DNA of 64,000 nt from an uncultured Actinomycetes bacterium (lineage in GTDB: Bacteria; Actinomycetota; Thermoleophilia; Gaiellales; Gaiellaceae). The position numbers were made by a program, and so were the translations under genes. The stretch covers positions 87,822 through 151,821 of the forward strand of contig CAVYBK010000001.1 of the NCBI GenBank assembly GCA_963766725.1. The letters are read 5' to 3'. The notes under the pieces are model-generated. The model was given only the letters and a program-made list of their open reading frames with translations. It did no database searches and had not been told where the DNA came from. Below, piece after piece: positions 37,667 through 47,144 of this stretch; position 1 is the first letter of the stretch; each line of letters opens with the position of its first letter.

Positions 37667-38658
37667 ACCAGCGCCACCAAGATGGCCGTTACAAGCGCGT
37701 TCAGGGTCGCGACGGGCAGGAGGACCTTCCAGCCGAAGCGCATGAGCTGGTCGTAGCGCAGGCGCGGCAGCGTCGCGCGCAGCCAGATGAAGGCGAAGAG
37801 GAAGGCGCCGAGCTTGAGCAGGAACCAGATCGGCCCGGGCAGCCACGGCCCGCCCCACCCGCCGAAGAAGAGCGTCACGGCGAGACCGGAGAGCGTGATC
37901 ATGTTGATGTACTCAGCCGTCGAGTAGAGGCCGAAGCGCATGCCGCTGTACTCGGTGTGGTAGCCGGCAACGAGCTCCTGCTCGGCTTCGGGGAGGTCGA
38001 AGGGCGGCCGGTTCGTCTCGGCGATTCCGGCGACGAAGAAGACGAGGAGCCCGACGAACTGCGGCGCTGCGAACCAGATCGTCGCCTGCTGCTTCTCGGC
38101 GATGTCGACGAGCGAGAGCGACTGGCCCATGATCACGACGCCGAGCACCGAGAGGGCGAGCGAAACCTCGTAGGAGACGAGCTGCGCTGCGGTGCGCATC
38201 GAGCCGAGGAGCGAGTACTTCGACTCGCTCGCCCAGCCGCCGACGAGGAAGGCGTAGATGCCGATCGCGCCGAGGGCGAAGATCAGCAGGAGGCCGATGG
38301 ACACGTTCGCGATCCAGCCGGTGACGTCGTAGTCGCCCACATGCCAGACGCCGCCGAAGGGGATGACGCTGAACGCGGCGAGCGCGGTGAAACAGGCAAC
38401 GGCGGGTGCGGCGATGTAGAGGAGGTCGATCGCGTTCGCGGGGAAAAAGCTCTCCTTGCGCAGCAGCTTCACGAGATCCGCGATGGGCTGTAGGAGCCCG
38501 AAGGGGCCTGCCCGGTTCGGCCCGTAGCGCTGCTGCATGCGGCCGAGCAGCTTGCGCTCGAGCCAGGTCGAGTAGGCAAACGCGGCCATGACGAGGTTGA
38601 TGACCACGAGCGCCTTGATGACGTCGATCCACCACGGCTGGTTCAGGCTCTGGTCCAT
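37663..38658 (-). CDS. nuoH: NADH-quinone oxidoreductase subunit H
   Basis: ERK..G.MQ.R.GPN, E.E.ELV.GY..EYSG motifs. Confidence 0.95.
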   Translation of the reverse strand: MDQSLNQPWWIDVIKALVVINLVMAAFAYSTWLERKLLGRMQQRYGPNRAGPFGLLQPIADLVKLLRKESFFPANAIDLLYIAAPAVACFTALAAFSVIPFGGVWHVGDYDVTGWIANVSIGLLLIFALGAIGIYAFLVGGWASESKYSLLGSMRTAAQLVSYEVSLALSVLGVVIMGQSLSLVDIAEKQQATIWFAAPQFVGLLVFFVAGIAETNRPPFDLPEAEQELVAGYHTEYSGMRFGLYSTAEYINMITLSGLAVTLFFGGWGGPWLPGPIWFLLKLGAFLFAFIWLRATLPRLRYDQLMRFGWKVLLPVATLNALVTAILVALV

Positions 38659-40824
38659 CAGCCCGCCTTCACCTCGACGCGGTCGTGCAGGCCCTCCGCG
38701 TGCTCGGACGGAATGCGGACGACCCCTTTGCGCAGGCGGCGGCTCACCCGGGCCCGGAGGGAGCGGCTCGTGCCGTTCGAGGAGACCGTCACCGTCGAGC
38801 CTGCGGCGATCCCGCGGGCCGACGCGTCTTCGTAGGAGAGCTCGACCTCGTCGGCCGGGCGCTGGAACTGGAGCTGCTGGACGCGCTCGACCGCCGGCCC
38901 GCTGAACAGGGACCGGTAGCGCACGAGCGCGAGGCCCTGCCCACGTTTCGGGGCGGCTGCTTTAGGCGCCGCCACGGCTGCGTCCGGTTCCTCCACCTCC
39001 GGCAGCGCGGCGTGGTCGTCGGGCAGCATCGTGGGCCAGGGGTCGACCTCGACGCCGAAGCGGCGGGCGAGCCCGGCGAAGAAGGCCAGCTCGTCCTCGG
39101 CGGGAGGCGCGACCGCGCGCCGCTGGCGCTGCGGCCGGCCCTCGAGGTTCACGGTGGTCCCATCGCGCTCGAGGTAGCTCGTGCCCGGGAGGACCAGATG
39201 CGACCAGAGCGTTCCCTCCGACTCGAACATCGCCGTCGTGATCACGAACCTCGCGCGCTCCGCGAGGTCGCGGACGTCCGGGTTTCCGGCGGCCTCGTCG
39301 CCGGAGACGATGAGCGCGCCGATCTCGTCTTCGGGGACGGTTCCGGGGTCGCCCCAGGCGGCCGCGACGCCACGTCCGTTCGGCGTGCGCGGGATGAGGT
39401 AGACGGACGCCTTGTCGCCGAGGCTCTCCGCCAGGGCGAGCGCGTGCGCTCCGCCCGTGGGATCGTCCTCCGACCAGACGATCGCGACGCGCCCTGCCTC
39501 GTCGAGGCTGCGCTTCGCGTCGCGGAGCTCCTCGACAGGGCTTTCGGCCTGCAGCTGGGCGGCCGCCCAGGCGGCGCTTCCGGGCTGAAGTGCGGCGGAG
39601 CCCGCCGGGTTCAGGGTGATGACCTCGGCGCCCGCGCGGCGGGCTGCGCGGAGCCAGAGGTCGAGAACCGGGGCTCGCTCGACGACCGGCTCGTCCCCGA
39701 AGACGAGGCAGACATCCGCATCGCGAATCGCCGAGATCGGCGCGCGGAAGCGGTCGAGGGCGGGATGGAAAGTGTCCGGGAGCAGTGCGCTGCCTCCTCC
39801 GAGCCCTTCCTTCGACGAGCCGCGCGATCGCGGTCGCGGTCTCCACGGTCTCGCCTCCCGAGAAGGCGACGACCACCGGGCCGCCGGCCTCCTGCAGGCC
39901 GCGCTCGGCCTCGTCCAGAGCCTGCTCCCACGAGACCGGCTCGAAGCCCCGTCGGCGCACCCGGCGCCGCGGGACCGAGATCCGGTCGTCGGCCCTCAAG
40001 TGTCCGTAGGCGAAGCGGCCCTTGTCGCACAGCCACCCTTCGTCCACCTCGGCGTGGTTTCTGGAGAGGATCCGCGCCACCTTGCCCTCGCGCGTCGTCG
40101 CCCAGGTGTTGCACCCGACCGGGCAGAGGCCGCAGACCGTGGGGACGTTCTGGATCTCCCAGGGGCGGGCGCGGAACCGGTAGGTCGTCGAGGTGAGCGC
40201 GCCGACCGGGCAGAGCTCGAGGACGTTGCCGGAGAAGTGCGCCCGATAGGGCTCGTCTTCGAAGGTGGCGATGACGGAGCCCGCGCCGCGGTTGATCGCC
40301 ACGAGCTGCCCGTCCTCGGCGACGGTCTCGGAGAAGCGGGTGCAGCGGTAGCAGAGGATGCAGCGCTCGCGGTCGAGCGCAATCAGCGGCGAGACCGGGA
40401 TCGGCTTGTCGAAGGTCCGCTTTTCGAAGCGCATGCGGGTCGCGCCCGGCCCCCAGCGGAACGTGAGGTCCTGGAGCGGGCACTCGCCGCCCTTGTCGCA
40501 GTCCGGGCAGTCGAGCGGGTGGTTCAGGAGGATGAACTCGAGGACGGCGTTCTGGCCCTCCGCGGCCTTCGCGCTCGTCTGCGCGGTCGAGAGGACGAGG
40601 CCGTCCTGGGCGGTCATCGTGCAGGCTGCCTGGAGCTTCGGCATGCCCTCGACTTCGCAGAGGCACATGCGGCAGGCGCCGACCGGCGCGCCGAGCCTCG
40701 GCTCGTAGCAGAAGACCGGTATCTCGATCCCGGCCTCGAGCGCGGTCTCGATCATCCCCTGGCCCTTGGGGACCTGAATCTCGCGGCCGTCGACGGTGAC
40801 CGTGACGAGCTCGGGGCTGCTCAC
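38658..40824 (-). pseudogene. nuoG: NADH-quinone oxidoreductase subunit G, one apparent 1-nt insertion near 39810
   Basis: 2Fe-2S and 4Fe-4S cysteine motifs in the N-terminal frame (CYEPRLGAPVGACRMCLCEV, HPLDCPDCDKGGECPLQ, CILCYRCTRF). After ...AIARLVE the homology continues in another frame (EGLGGGSALLPDTF... to ...DRVEVKAG*). Length is 2167 nt, i.e. 3n+1. Confidence 0.85.
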
Positions 40825-42188
40825 GCCGGCACCTCGATCTCCGCGCGGATGCGCGCGTGGTGCTGGTCGACCGGCGCCATGACGTGGTCGAGCGTGGAGT
40901 CGCCGTGGAACGGGCACCCGCCCTCGTCGATGTGGCGCTGGTACTCGTCGCGGAACTTGGCGACGTAGCTCGCCACCGGCATCGCGGCCGCGTCGCCGAG
41001 CGGGCACAGGCAGTTGCCGAGGATCCGGTCGCAGACGTTCAGGAGGAGATCGAGCTCTCCCTGGGAAGCCTCGCCGTCCTCGATCTTCCGGAGGATCGAG
41101 ACCATCCAGCGCGTCCCCTCGCGGCAGGGCGTGCACTTCCCGCACGACTCGTGCATGTAGAACTGGGCGACCCGCAGGCCGAGCTGCACCATGCAGCAGC
41201 GCTCGTCCATCACGATGACCGCGCCGGAGCCGAGCATCGTCCCCCGCGCCGCCATGGAGTCGAAGTCGAGCGCCGTATCGACTTCGTCGGCGGTGAGAAC
41301 CGGCACCGACGAGCCGCCCGGGATGATCGCCTTGAGCTCGTGCCCGTCCGGGATCCCGCCGCCGATGTCGTAGATCAGCTCGCGCAGGCTCGTGCCCAGC
41401 TCGACCTCGTAGTTGCCGCCGTTGATCACGTTCCCGGAGAGCGAGAAGAGACGCGTGCCGCGGGAGTTCTCGACACCGAGCTTCGCGTAGTTCTCCCCGC
41501 CGAGCTCGAGGATCTTCGGGACGGTCGCGAGCGTCTCGACGTTGTTGATGAGCGTCGGCGAGGCGTAGACGCCGGAGATGGCCGGGAAGGGCGGCTTCGA
41601 GCGCGGCTGCCCGCGCTTGCCCTCGAGCGACTCGAGAAGGCCGGTCTCCTCGCCGCAGATGTACGCACCGGCCCCGCGGTGGACGACAACCGTGAGGTTC
41701 CAGCCCGAGCCGAGGACGTTCGCTCCTACGAGACCCGCCCTGCGGGCCTCCTCGAGCGCGTCGCGCAGAATCTCGAACTCCGCGAGGTACTCCCCGCGAA
41801 TGTAGATGAAGGCCGTGTTCGCCCCGATCACGCGCGAGGCGATCACGCAGCCCTCGATGAACATGTGCGGGAGCCGGGCGAGGATCTCGCGGTCCTTGAA
41901 GGTGCCGGGCTCCGACTCGTCGGCGTTCGCGACGAGGTAGATCGGCTTCGTCGTCTGGTCCGGCTTGGGCAGGAAGCTCGCCTTGCGACCCATGGGAAAG
42001 CCCGCCCCGCCGCGGCCGCGCACGTCCGCCGCGAGCAGCTCGTCGAGGACGGCCTGGGGCTCCATCTTCATGGCTTTCTTGAGCGACTCGTAGCCGCCGA
42101 CCTTCTCGTACTCGGCGAGGCGCGTGAGATCGCGCCCCTCCGCGTCCGCGAGGAGAAGCTTCTTCAGCGCCTTCTCACTCGGAGCCAT
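40821..42188 (-). CDS. nuoF: NADH-quinone oxidoreductase subunit F
   Basis: GRGGAGFP, FMN/NADH site, ESCG.C.PCREG 4Fe-4S motif. Confidence 0.95.
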   Translation of the reverse strand: MAPSEKALKKLLLADAEGRDLTRLAEYEKVGGYESLKKAMKMEPQAVLDELLAADVRGRGGAGFPMGRKASFLPKPDQTTKPIYLVANADESEPGTFKDREILARLPHMFIEGCVIASRVIGANTAFIYIRGEYLAEFEILRDALEEARRAGLVGANVLGSGWNLTVVVHRGAGAYICGEETGLLESLEGKRGQPRSKPPFPAISGVYASPTLINNVETLATVPKILELGGENYAKLGVENSRGTRLFSLSGNVINGGNYEVELGTSLRELIYDIGGGIPDGHELKAIIPGGSSVPVLTADEVDTALDFDSMAARGTMLGSGAVIVMDERCCMVQLGLRVAQFYMHESCGKCTPCREGTRWMVSILRKIEDGEASQGELDLLLNVCDRILGNCLCPLGDAAAMPVASYVAKFRDEYQRHIDEGGCPFHGDSTLDHVMAPVDQHHARIRAEIEVPA

Positions 42189-42651
42189 TGCGGAGCTCCT
42201 CGACGATGGCGGGGACGTCCTCGGGCTTCACCGGCTCGCGATAGCGGTGGTCTACGGAGACCACGGTGCCCCAGCCGCAGCCGCCCGCGCACTCGATCGT
42301 GCGGAGCGTGAACTCGCCGTCCTCGGTCGTCTCGCCGGCGTGGACGCCGAGCTCTCCCTCGAACGCCTCGAGCACCTGCTGCGCACCGACGAGCGCGCAC
42401 GAGATATTCGTGCAGACCTCGATCATGTGCCGGCCGACGGGCTCGAGGTGGAACATGTCGTAGAAGCTCGCGACCGCCTTGCAGTAGGCGGGCGTCAGGT
42501 CGAGCGCCTCTGCCACCTCGCGGAATGCGTCCGGCGGGAGCCAGCCGTATCGCTCCTGCGCGAGCCTGAGCGCGGGCATGACGGCCGAGAGCCGCTCGGG
42601 GTAGCGCGCGGCGATCGTCTGGATCTCGTCGTAGAGGGCCTCGGGCGCCAT
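42175..42651 (-). CDS. nuoE: NADH-quinone oxidoreductase subunit E
   Basis: 2Fe-2S ligands C.N.SC...G and ECAGGCGW. Confidence 0.9.
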   Translation of the reverse strand: MAPEALYDEIQTIAARYPERLSAVMPALRLAQERYGWLPPDAFREVAEALDLTPAYCKAVASFYDMFHLEPVGRHMIEVCTNISCALVGAQQVLEAFEGELGVHAGETTEDGEFTLRTIECAGGCGWGTVVSVDHRYREPVKPEDVPAIVEELRNGSE

Positions 42652-43922
42652 TAGCGGTCGCAGTCGCCCATGACCGTGTCGAGGGAGCCGAGGATTGCGA
42701 TGAGATCGGCCACGAGCGAGCCCGCGACGGTCGTAGCCGTCGCCTCGAGGGCGACGAAGGAGGGGGCGCGGAACTTCACGCGCCAGGGCTTCGATCCGCC
42801 GTCGGAGACGACGTAGCACCCGAGCTCGCCGCGTGCGGACTCGACGGCCACGTACACCTCGCCCGCGGGCACGCGGTAGCCCTCGGTCACGAGCTTGAAG
42901 TGGTGGATGAGGCTCTCCATGGACGTATGCAGCTCGTGGCGAGGAGGCAGGACGATCTTGCGGTCGTCCACGGTCCACGGTCCCTCGGGCATGCCGTCGA
43001 GGCATTGCTGGACGATGCGCGTCGACTCGCGCATCTCGTCCATGCGCACCTTGTAGCGGTCGTAGACGTCTCCGTTGGAATAGACCGGCACGTGGAAGTC
43101 GACCTGGTCGTAGGCGAGGTAGGGCTGCGCCTTGCGCAGGTCCCAGTCGACTCCCGATGCGCGCAGGACCGGGCCGGACTGGCCGAGCGCAATCGCGTCC
43201 TCCGCGGAGAGCAGGCCGATGCCCTTCGTCCGCTCGAGCCAGATCGCCTGCCGGTCGAGGAGCGCCTCGTACTCGTCGACGCGGCCCGGGAAGATGTCCG
43301 CGAACTTGCGGCACTCCGTGAAGAAGCCGGGCGGGATGTCCTCGGCGAGCCCGCCGGCCTGGAAGTAGCGCGTGTGCATGCGGACGCCGGTGACGAGCTC
43401 GAAGAGGTCGAGCACGGCGTCGCGCTCGCGGAAGCAGTACCAGAGGAGCGAGATCGCCCCGAGCTCGAGCGCGCCCGTGCCGAGCCAGATGAGGTGCGAG
43501 TGGATGCGCGAGAGCTCGGAGAGGAGCGTGCGCATCCAGGTCGCCTTCGGCGGCGGCTCGACCCCGAGGAGCTTCTCGATCGCGAGGACGAAGGCGAGCT
43601 CGTTGATCTGGAACGAGAGGTAGTCGATCCGCTCCGGGTACGTGATCGCCTTCCACCAGGTCTTCTGCTCCATGTTCTTCTCGAAGCCCGTGTGGAGGTA
43701 GCCGATGACGGCCTCGACGCCCTCGACCCGTTCGCCGTTCAGCTCCACGATGAGGCGGAGGACGCCGTGTGTGGAGGGATGGTTCGGCCCGAAGTTGACC
43801 TCGAGGATGTCGCCTTCCTCGCGAAGAGCCGGGTCGACCTGCAGGACCGACGGGATCGGGCTCGGGATCCTGGTGCCGGTGTAGATCGGCGCCTTCCCGC
43901 GCGCAGCCGTAGTCGTCGCCAT
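42651..43922 (-). CDS. nuoD: NADH-quinone oxidoreductase subunit D
   Basis: NFGP.HPS.HGVLR, ERIDYLS, and a C-terminal RAPSF......GS.DTVMG.CDR. ATG at 43922 (the track starts one codon earlier at a TTG). Confidence 0.95.
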   Translation of the reverse strand: MATTTAARGKAPIYTGTRIPSPIPSVLQVDPALREEGDILEVNFGPNHPSTHGVLRLIVELNGERVEGVEAVIGYLHTGFEKNMEQKTWWKAITYPERIDYLSFQINELAFVLAIEKLLGVEPPPKATWMRTLLSELSRIHSHLIWLGTGALELGAISLLWYCFRERDAVLDLFELVTGVRMHTRYFQAGGLAEDIPPGFFTECRKFADIFPGRVDEYEALLDRQAIWLERTKGIGLLSAEDAIALGQSGPVLRASGVDWDLRKAQPYLAYDQVDFHVPVYSNGDVYDRYKVRMDEMRESTRIVQQCLDGMPEGPWTVDDRKIVLPPRHELHTSMESLIHHFKLVTEGYRVPAGEVYVAVESARGELGCYVVSDGGSKPWRVKFRAPSFVALEATATTVAGSLVADLIAILGSLDTVMGDCDR

Positions 43923-44011
43923 CAATGCCCCGTCCAGTGATGCTGCCCCGCTTCTCGGTTGCGCAGTGTGATCGCGAGCGAGAAGTAGGCGTGTATTGCT
44001 GGATGGGGCAT
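43922..44011 (-). repeat. palindromic intergenic element, copy 2 (87 nt plus stop), filling the nuoC-nuoD junction
   Basis: Same element as 37110-37169 with a 30-nt internal insertion forming a nested CTTCTCG/CGAGAAG stem. Terminal inverted repeats ATGCCCCATCCAG / CTGGACGGGGCAT, 12/13. Confidence 0.85.
43922..44011 (-). CDS. candidate 29-codon micro-[32 protein letters not shown] (translation unproven)
   Basis: The ATG shares its A with the nuoC TAA, and the TGA shares its A with the nuoD ATG. The frame is conserved with copy 1 despite the 30-nt indel. Confidence 0.35.
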   Translation of the reverse strand: MPHPAIHAYFSLAITLRNREAGQHHWTGH

Positions 44012-44565
44012 TACTCGGCTCCCGAGAATCGCACCGGCTCGCCGCCGATCGGGTAGTCCTTGCGGAGGGGGTGCCCCTGCCAGTCGTCGTCCATGAGGAT
44101 CCGCTTCAGGTTCGGGTGGCCCTCGAACTCGATCCCCATGAGGTCGTACGCCTCGCGCTCGTGCCAGTCGGCGGTCGGCCAGACGGAGACCACGCTCGGA
44201 ACCGACTCTCCTTCGTCGCACCAGACCTGGAGCCGGACGCGCGGCGCCCCGCGGGCGCCGGAGACGACTGCGACGAGGTGATACGAGACCGAGAAGCGCT
44301 TCGCTTTCGGCTCGGGCTTCTTCGCGAGGCCCCAGGAGCCGGGCCGGTTGATGTCGCGCCCGCCGCGATGTCCCCAGTAGCCGGCCACGGTGCGCTCGTT
44401 CCAGCCGAGGTAGTCGGCAGCAGCGATGTCGGCGAGGAAGTTGAAGCCGCACTCGTCGCGCAGGTACTCAGATGCCTCGCGAAGCTGCGCCGTCTCGACG
44501 ACCACGGTCGTCTCGCCGCGTTCCTCGGTCACCGCTGCGAACCCCGGGACGTCGGCGAAGTTCAC
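44011..44565 (-). CDS. nuoC: NADH-quinone oxidoreductase subunit C
   Basis: [16 protein letters not shown]...R.L motif. GTG overlaps the nuoB TGA. Confidence 0.9.
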   Translation of the reverse strand: MNFADVPGFAAVTEERGETTVVVETAQLREASEYLRDECGFNFLADIAAADYLGWNERTVAGYWGHRGGRDINRPGSWGLAKKPEPKAKRFSVSYHLVAVVSGARGAPRVRLQVWCDEGESVPSVVSVWPTADWHEREAYDLMGIEFEGHPNLKRILMDDDWQGHPLRKDYPIGGEPVRFSGAE

Positions 44566-45149
44566 GATGCGACTCCGCGGATCTCGTACGCGGGCGGGAC
44601 GCCGGCGAGGATCTTCTCCTGCAGCCGGACGATGCCCTCGAGGAGCGCCTCGGGCCGGGGCGGGCAGCCCGGCACATGCACATCGACTGGCACGACCTTG
44701 TCCACGCCCTGGAGGACGGCGTAGTTCGAGAACATCCCGCCGGAGCTCGCGCAGGCGCCCATGGCGATCACCCACTTCGGCTCGAGCATCTGGTCGTAGA
44801 TCTGCCGGAGGGGTGCGGCCATCTTGTGGGAGACGCGCCCCGAGACGATCATCAGGTCGGCCTGGCGTGGCGAGGAGCGGAACACCTCTGCGCCGAAGCG
44901 CGCGACGTCGTAGCGCGCGCCGACGATCGCGATCATCTCCATCGCGCAGCAGGCGAGCCCGAACGTGTCCGGCCAGATCGAGTGCCCCTGCGCCCAGGCG
45001 ACCGCCTTCCCCACGGTCGTGAGCCCGATCTTGGACTCGAGGTCGCCGAGCTCCTGCTCGAAGACGCCGGGCCCCTTCTTGCGCATGAGGGTGCGCTCCG
45101 AATGGAGCCCGTAGTCGGCGAGGCGCTTCTTCCGTCCTACGTCCGCCAA
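44562..45149 (-). CDS. nuoB: NADH-quinone oxidoreductase subunit B
   Basis: GLACCA.EM, SPRQAD, GACA..GG, PGCPP N2-cluster motifs. Confidence 0.95.
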   Translation of the reverse strand: MADVGRKKRLADYGLHSERTLMRKKGPGVFEQELGDLESKIGLTTVGKAVAWAQGHSIWPDTFGLACCAMEMIAIVGARYDVARFGAEVFRSSPRQADLMIVSGRVSHKMAAPLRQIYDQMLEPKWVIAMGACASSGGMFSNYAVLQGVDKVVPVDVHVPGCPPRPEALLEGIVRLQEKILAGVPPAYEIRGVAS

Positions 45150-45514
45150 TCCAGCGCCCCCTTCTTCCAGACGTAGACGTAGGCGACCGCCAGGATCGCG
45201 ATGAAGAAGCCGAACTCGGCGAGCGCGAAGCTCCCGAGTGCGTCCAGCCAGAGCGCGACCGGGTAGAGGAAGACGATCTCGATGTCGAAGACGATGAAGA
45301 GCATCGCCGTCAGGTAGAAGCTGATCGTGAAGCGCTGCCGCTTCGGCGGGCCGACCGAGACGCCCGACTCGAAGGGGATCGTCTGCTGGCGGGCCTTTGT
45401 CTTCGGACGGGTCGCGAGGATGAACGAAGCCGCGATCAGCGAGGCCGGGATCGCCAAGGCGAAGAAGCCGTAGACGAGGAACGGGAACCAGTCGTCCAGG
45501 ACGGCCAGCGGCAC
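45137..45514 (-). CDS. nuoA: NADH-quinone oxidoreductase subunit A
   Basis: 125 aa, 3 TM helices, YLTAMLF..FD.E..FLYP motif. GTG start. Confidence 0.9.
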   Translation of the reverse strand: MPLAVLDDWFPFLVYGFFALAIPASLIAASFILATRPKTKARQQTIPFESGVSVGPPKRQRFTISFYLTAMLFIVFDIEIVFLYPVALWLDALGSFALAEFGFFIAILAVAYVYVWKKGALDWRT

Positions 45515-45520
45515 GCCCGC

Positions 45521-45526
45521 ATACTA
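45521..45526 (-). promoter_or_regulatory. putative -10 box (tagtat on minus strand) for a leaderless nuo operon transcript
   Basis: 6 nt upstream of the nuoA GTG 45514. No Shine-Dalgarno sequence within normal distance. Confidence 0.4.
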
Positions 45527-45635
45527 ACCGTCCTCAGGTCCGTGAGACTTGTCACGAACTCCGCGTTCTTTCCAGCGTTTTTCGGCGGCTTCCGTGTCAC
45601 AAGGTCGGGGGGTGTTTGACCGGTTAGGCCGTTGG

Positions 45636-45641
45636 TACACT
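45636..45641 (+). promoter_or_regulatory. putative -10 box (tacact) for leaderless erpA mRNA
   Basis: 7 nt upstream of ATG 45649. Confidence 0.4.
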
Positions 45642-45648
45642 GAGATCG

Positions 45649-46047
45649 ATGGTCACCGTCACCGAGTCTGCGGCCACCAAGATCCGCGCCCTCATGGCCG
45701 AAGAGCCCGAGGGCGACGTCTCCGTTCTCCGGATCGCCATTCAGGGCGGCGGGTGCTCGGGCTTTCAGTACGCCCTCGGCTTCGACCGCGGGCCCCAGGA
45801 CGGTGACAACGAGATCGAGATGAACGGCGTCCGCGTCGTCATCGACCCCTTCAGCGCTCCGTATCTCGCCGGTGCCGAGATCGACTATGTGGACGCGCTC
45901 ATGGGCGCCGGCTTCGCGATCAACAACCCGAACGTCGAAGCCGCGTGTGGATGCGGCTCGTCCTTCCAGGCGAAGGAAGGCGCGGCTGAGGGCGAGGCCG
46001 TGCAGGCGCATGCGGGCGGCGGTTGCGGCTCCGGCTGCTCGCACTAG
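45649..46047 (+). CDS. erpA: iron-sulfur cluster insertion protein (HesB/IscA/ErpA family) with Cys-rich C-terminal tail
   Basis: GGGCSGFQY and C-terminal CGCGSSF family motifs, followed by a 25-aa extension ending GGGCGSGCSH. Confidence 0.85.
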   Translation: MVTVTESAATKIRALMAEEPEGDVSVLRIAIQGGGCSGFQYALGFDRGPQDGDNEIEMNGVRVVIDPFSAPYLAGAEIDYVDALMGAGFAINNPNVEAACGCGSSFQAKEGAAEGEAVQAHAGGGCGSGCSH

Positions 46048-46080
46048 CGTTTCCTGACCCGGGGTAGCATCGAGCCAGGC

Positions 46081-47088
46081 GTGAGCGAAGCCGTCTGCGA
46101 TATCACCGTGATCGGCGCGGGCCCGGTGGGCCTCGCTGCCGCCTACTACGCGGGCCACCGCGATGCCACGGTCCGCATCGTCGAGAGCCTGGGCCAGCTC
46201 GGCGGCCAGGTGGCCGCGGTCTATCCGGAGAAGCACGTCTACGACGTCGCGGGCCATCCGAAGATCAAGGGCCAGGATCTCGTCGAGCTCTGCGTCGAGC
46301 AGGGGCTCCAGTTCGGGGCCGACGTCCACCTCGACGAAGAGGTCGCCGACCTGGAGAGACTTTCCCAGAACGGCGAGGAGCTGCTCGCGTTGACGACCAA
46401 GTCCGGTAAGCAGTTCCTCTCTCGGGCGCTGATCGTCACGGCCGGCCACGGCGCCTTCGAGCCGAGGAAGCTCGAGCTCGAAGGGATCGACGACTGGGAG
46501 GGGCGCGGGCTCCACTACTTCGTCACGCGCAAGGACGTCTTCAAGGGCAAGAACTGCGTGATCGTCGGCGGCGGGGACTCCGCCCTCGACTGGACGCTCG
46601 GCTTGCAGGACACCGCGGATCTGCCGATCACGCTCATCCACCGCCGCGAGCGCTTCCGCGCGCTCGAGACCTCGGTGAACGAGGCGCGTAGGCTCGAGGG
46701 CGAGGGCAGCGTCCGCATCTGCGCTCCCGCCGAAGTGCGCGAGATCCACGGTGACGGCTCCATCCAGGCGGTGACGGTCGAGGACACCGGGACCGGCGAG
46801 ACCACCCGTCTCGACTGCGAAGCTCTCATCCTCCTCCTCGGCTTCCACTCCCACCTCGGGTCGATCGCCGACTGGGGCCTCGATCTGCACGGGAAGCGCC
46901 AGATCCTGGTCGATCCGATGAGCATGGACACGTCGATCCCGGGCGTCTACGCGGCCGGAGACGTGGCGGGCTACGAGGGCAAGATCACGCTGATCACGAT
47001 CGGCTTCGGCGAGGCTGCGATCGCGGCCAACAACGCCATCGCCCGCATCCGCGGCGAAAAGGTTCAGCCGAAGTACTCGACCGACTGA
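46081..47088 (+). CDS. ferredoxin-NADP(+) reductase, thioredoxin-reductase-like type
   Basis: VIGAGPVG, GGQ......K..YDV.G, GGGDSALDW, AAGDVA.Y.GK..LI..GF.EA. Confidence 0.85.
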   Translation: MSEAVCDITVIGAGPVGLAAAYYAGHRDATVRIVESLGQLGGQVAAVYPEKHVYDVAGHPKIKGQDLVELCVEQGLQFGADVHLDEEVADLERLSQNGEELLALTTKSGKQFLSRALIVTAGHGAFEPRKLELEGIDDWEGRGLHYFVTRKDVFKGKNCVIVGGGDSALDWTLGLQDTADLPITLIHRRERFRALETSVNEARRLEGEGSVRICAPAEVREIHGDGSIQAVTVEDTGTGETTRLDCEALILLLGFHSHLGSIADWGLDLHGKRQILVDPMSMDTSIPGVYAAGDVAGYEGKITLITIGFGEAAIAANNAIARIRGEKVQPKYSTD

Positions 47089-47094
47089 ACGGGA

Positions 47095-47111
47095 CTCCCC
47101 GGAAGGGGGAG
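47095..47111 (+). terminator. possible terminator hairpin after the reductase gene (CTCCCC-loop-GGGGAG), no U-tract
   Basis: 6-bp GC stem 7 nt after the stop codon. Weak evidence. Confidence 0.25.
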
Positions 47112-47144
47112 AACCAGCGGGCCGCGACAGCCGAAGAAAGCTGT

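Noticed and set aside
45515-45648. A possible Rex-type redox operator (TTGTGAA-N4-TTCACAA) in the nuoA/erpA intergenic region.
   Set aside because: Only loosely similar half-sites (TTGTCAC at about 45548, TGTCACAA at about 45593) were found. They are about 40 nt apart and do not form an inverted repeat.
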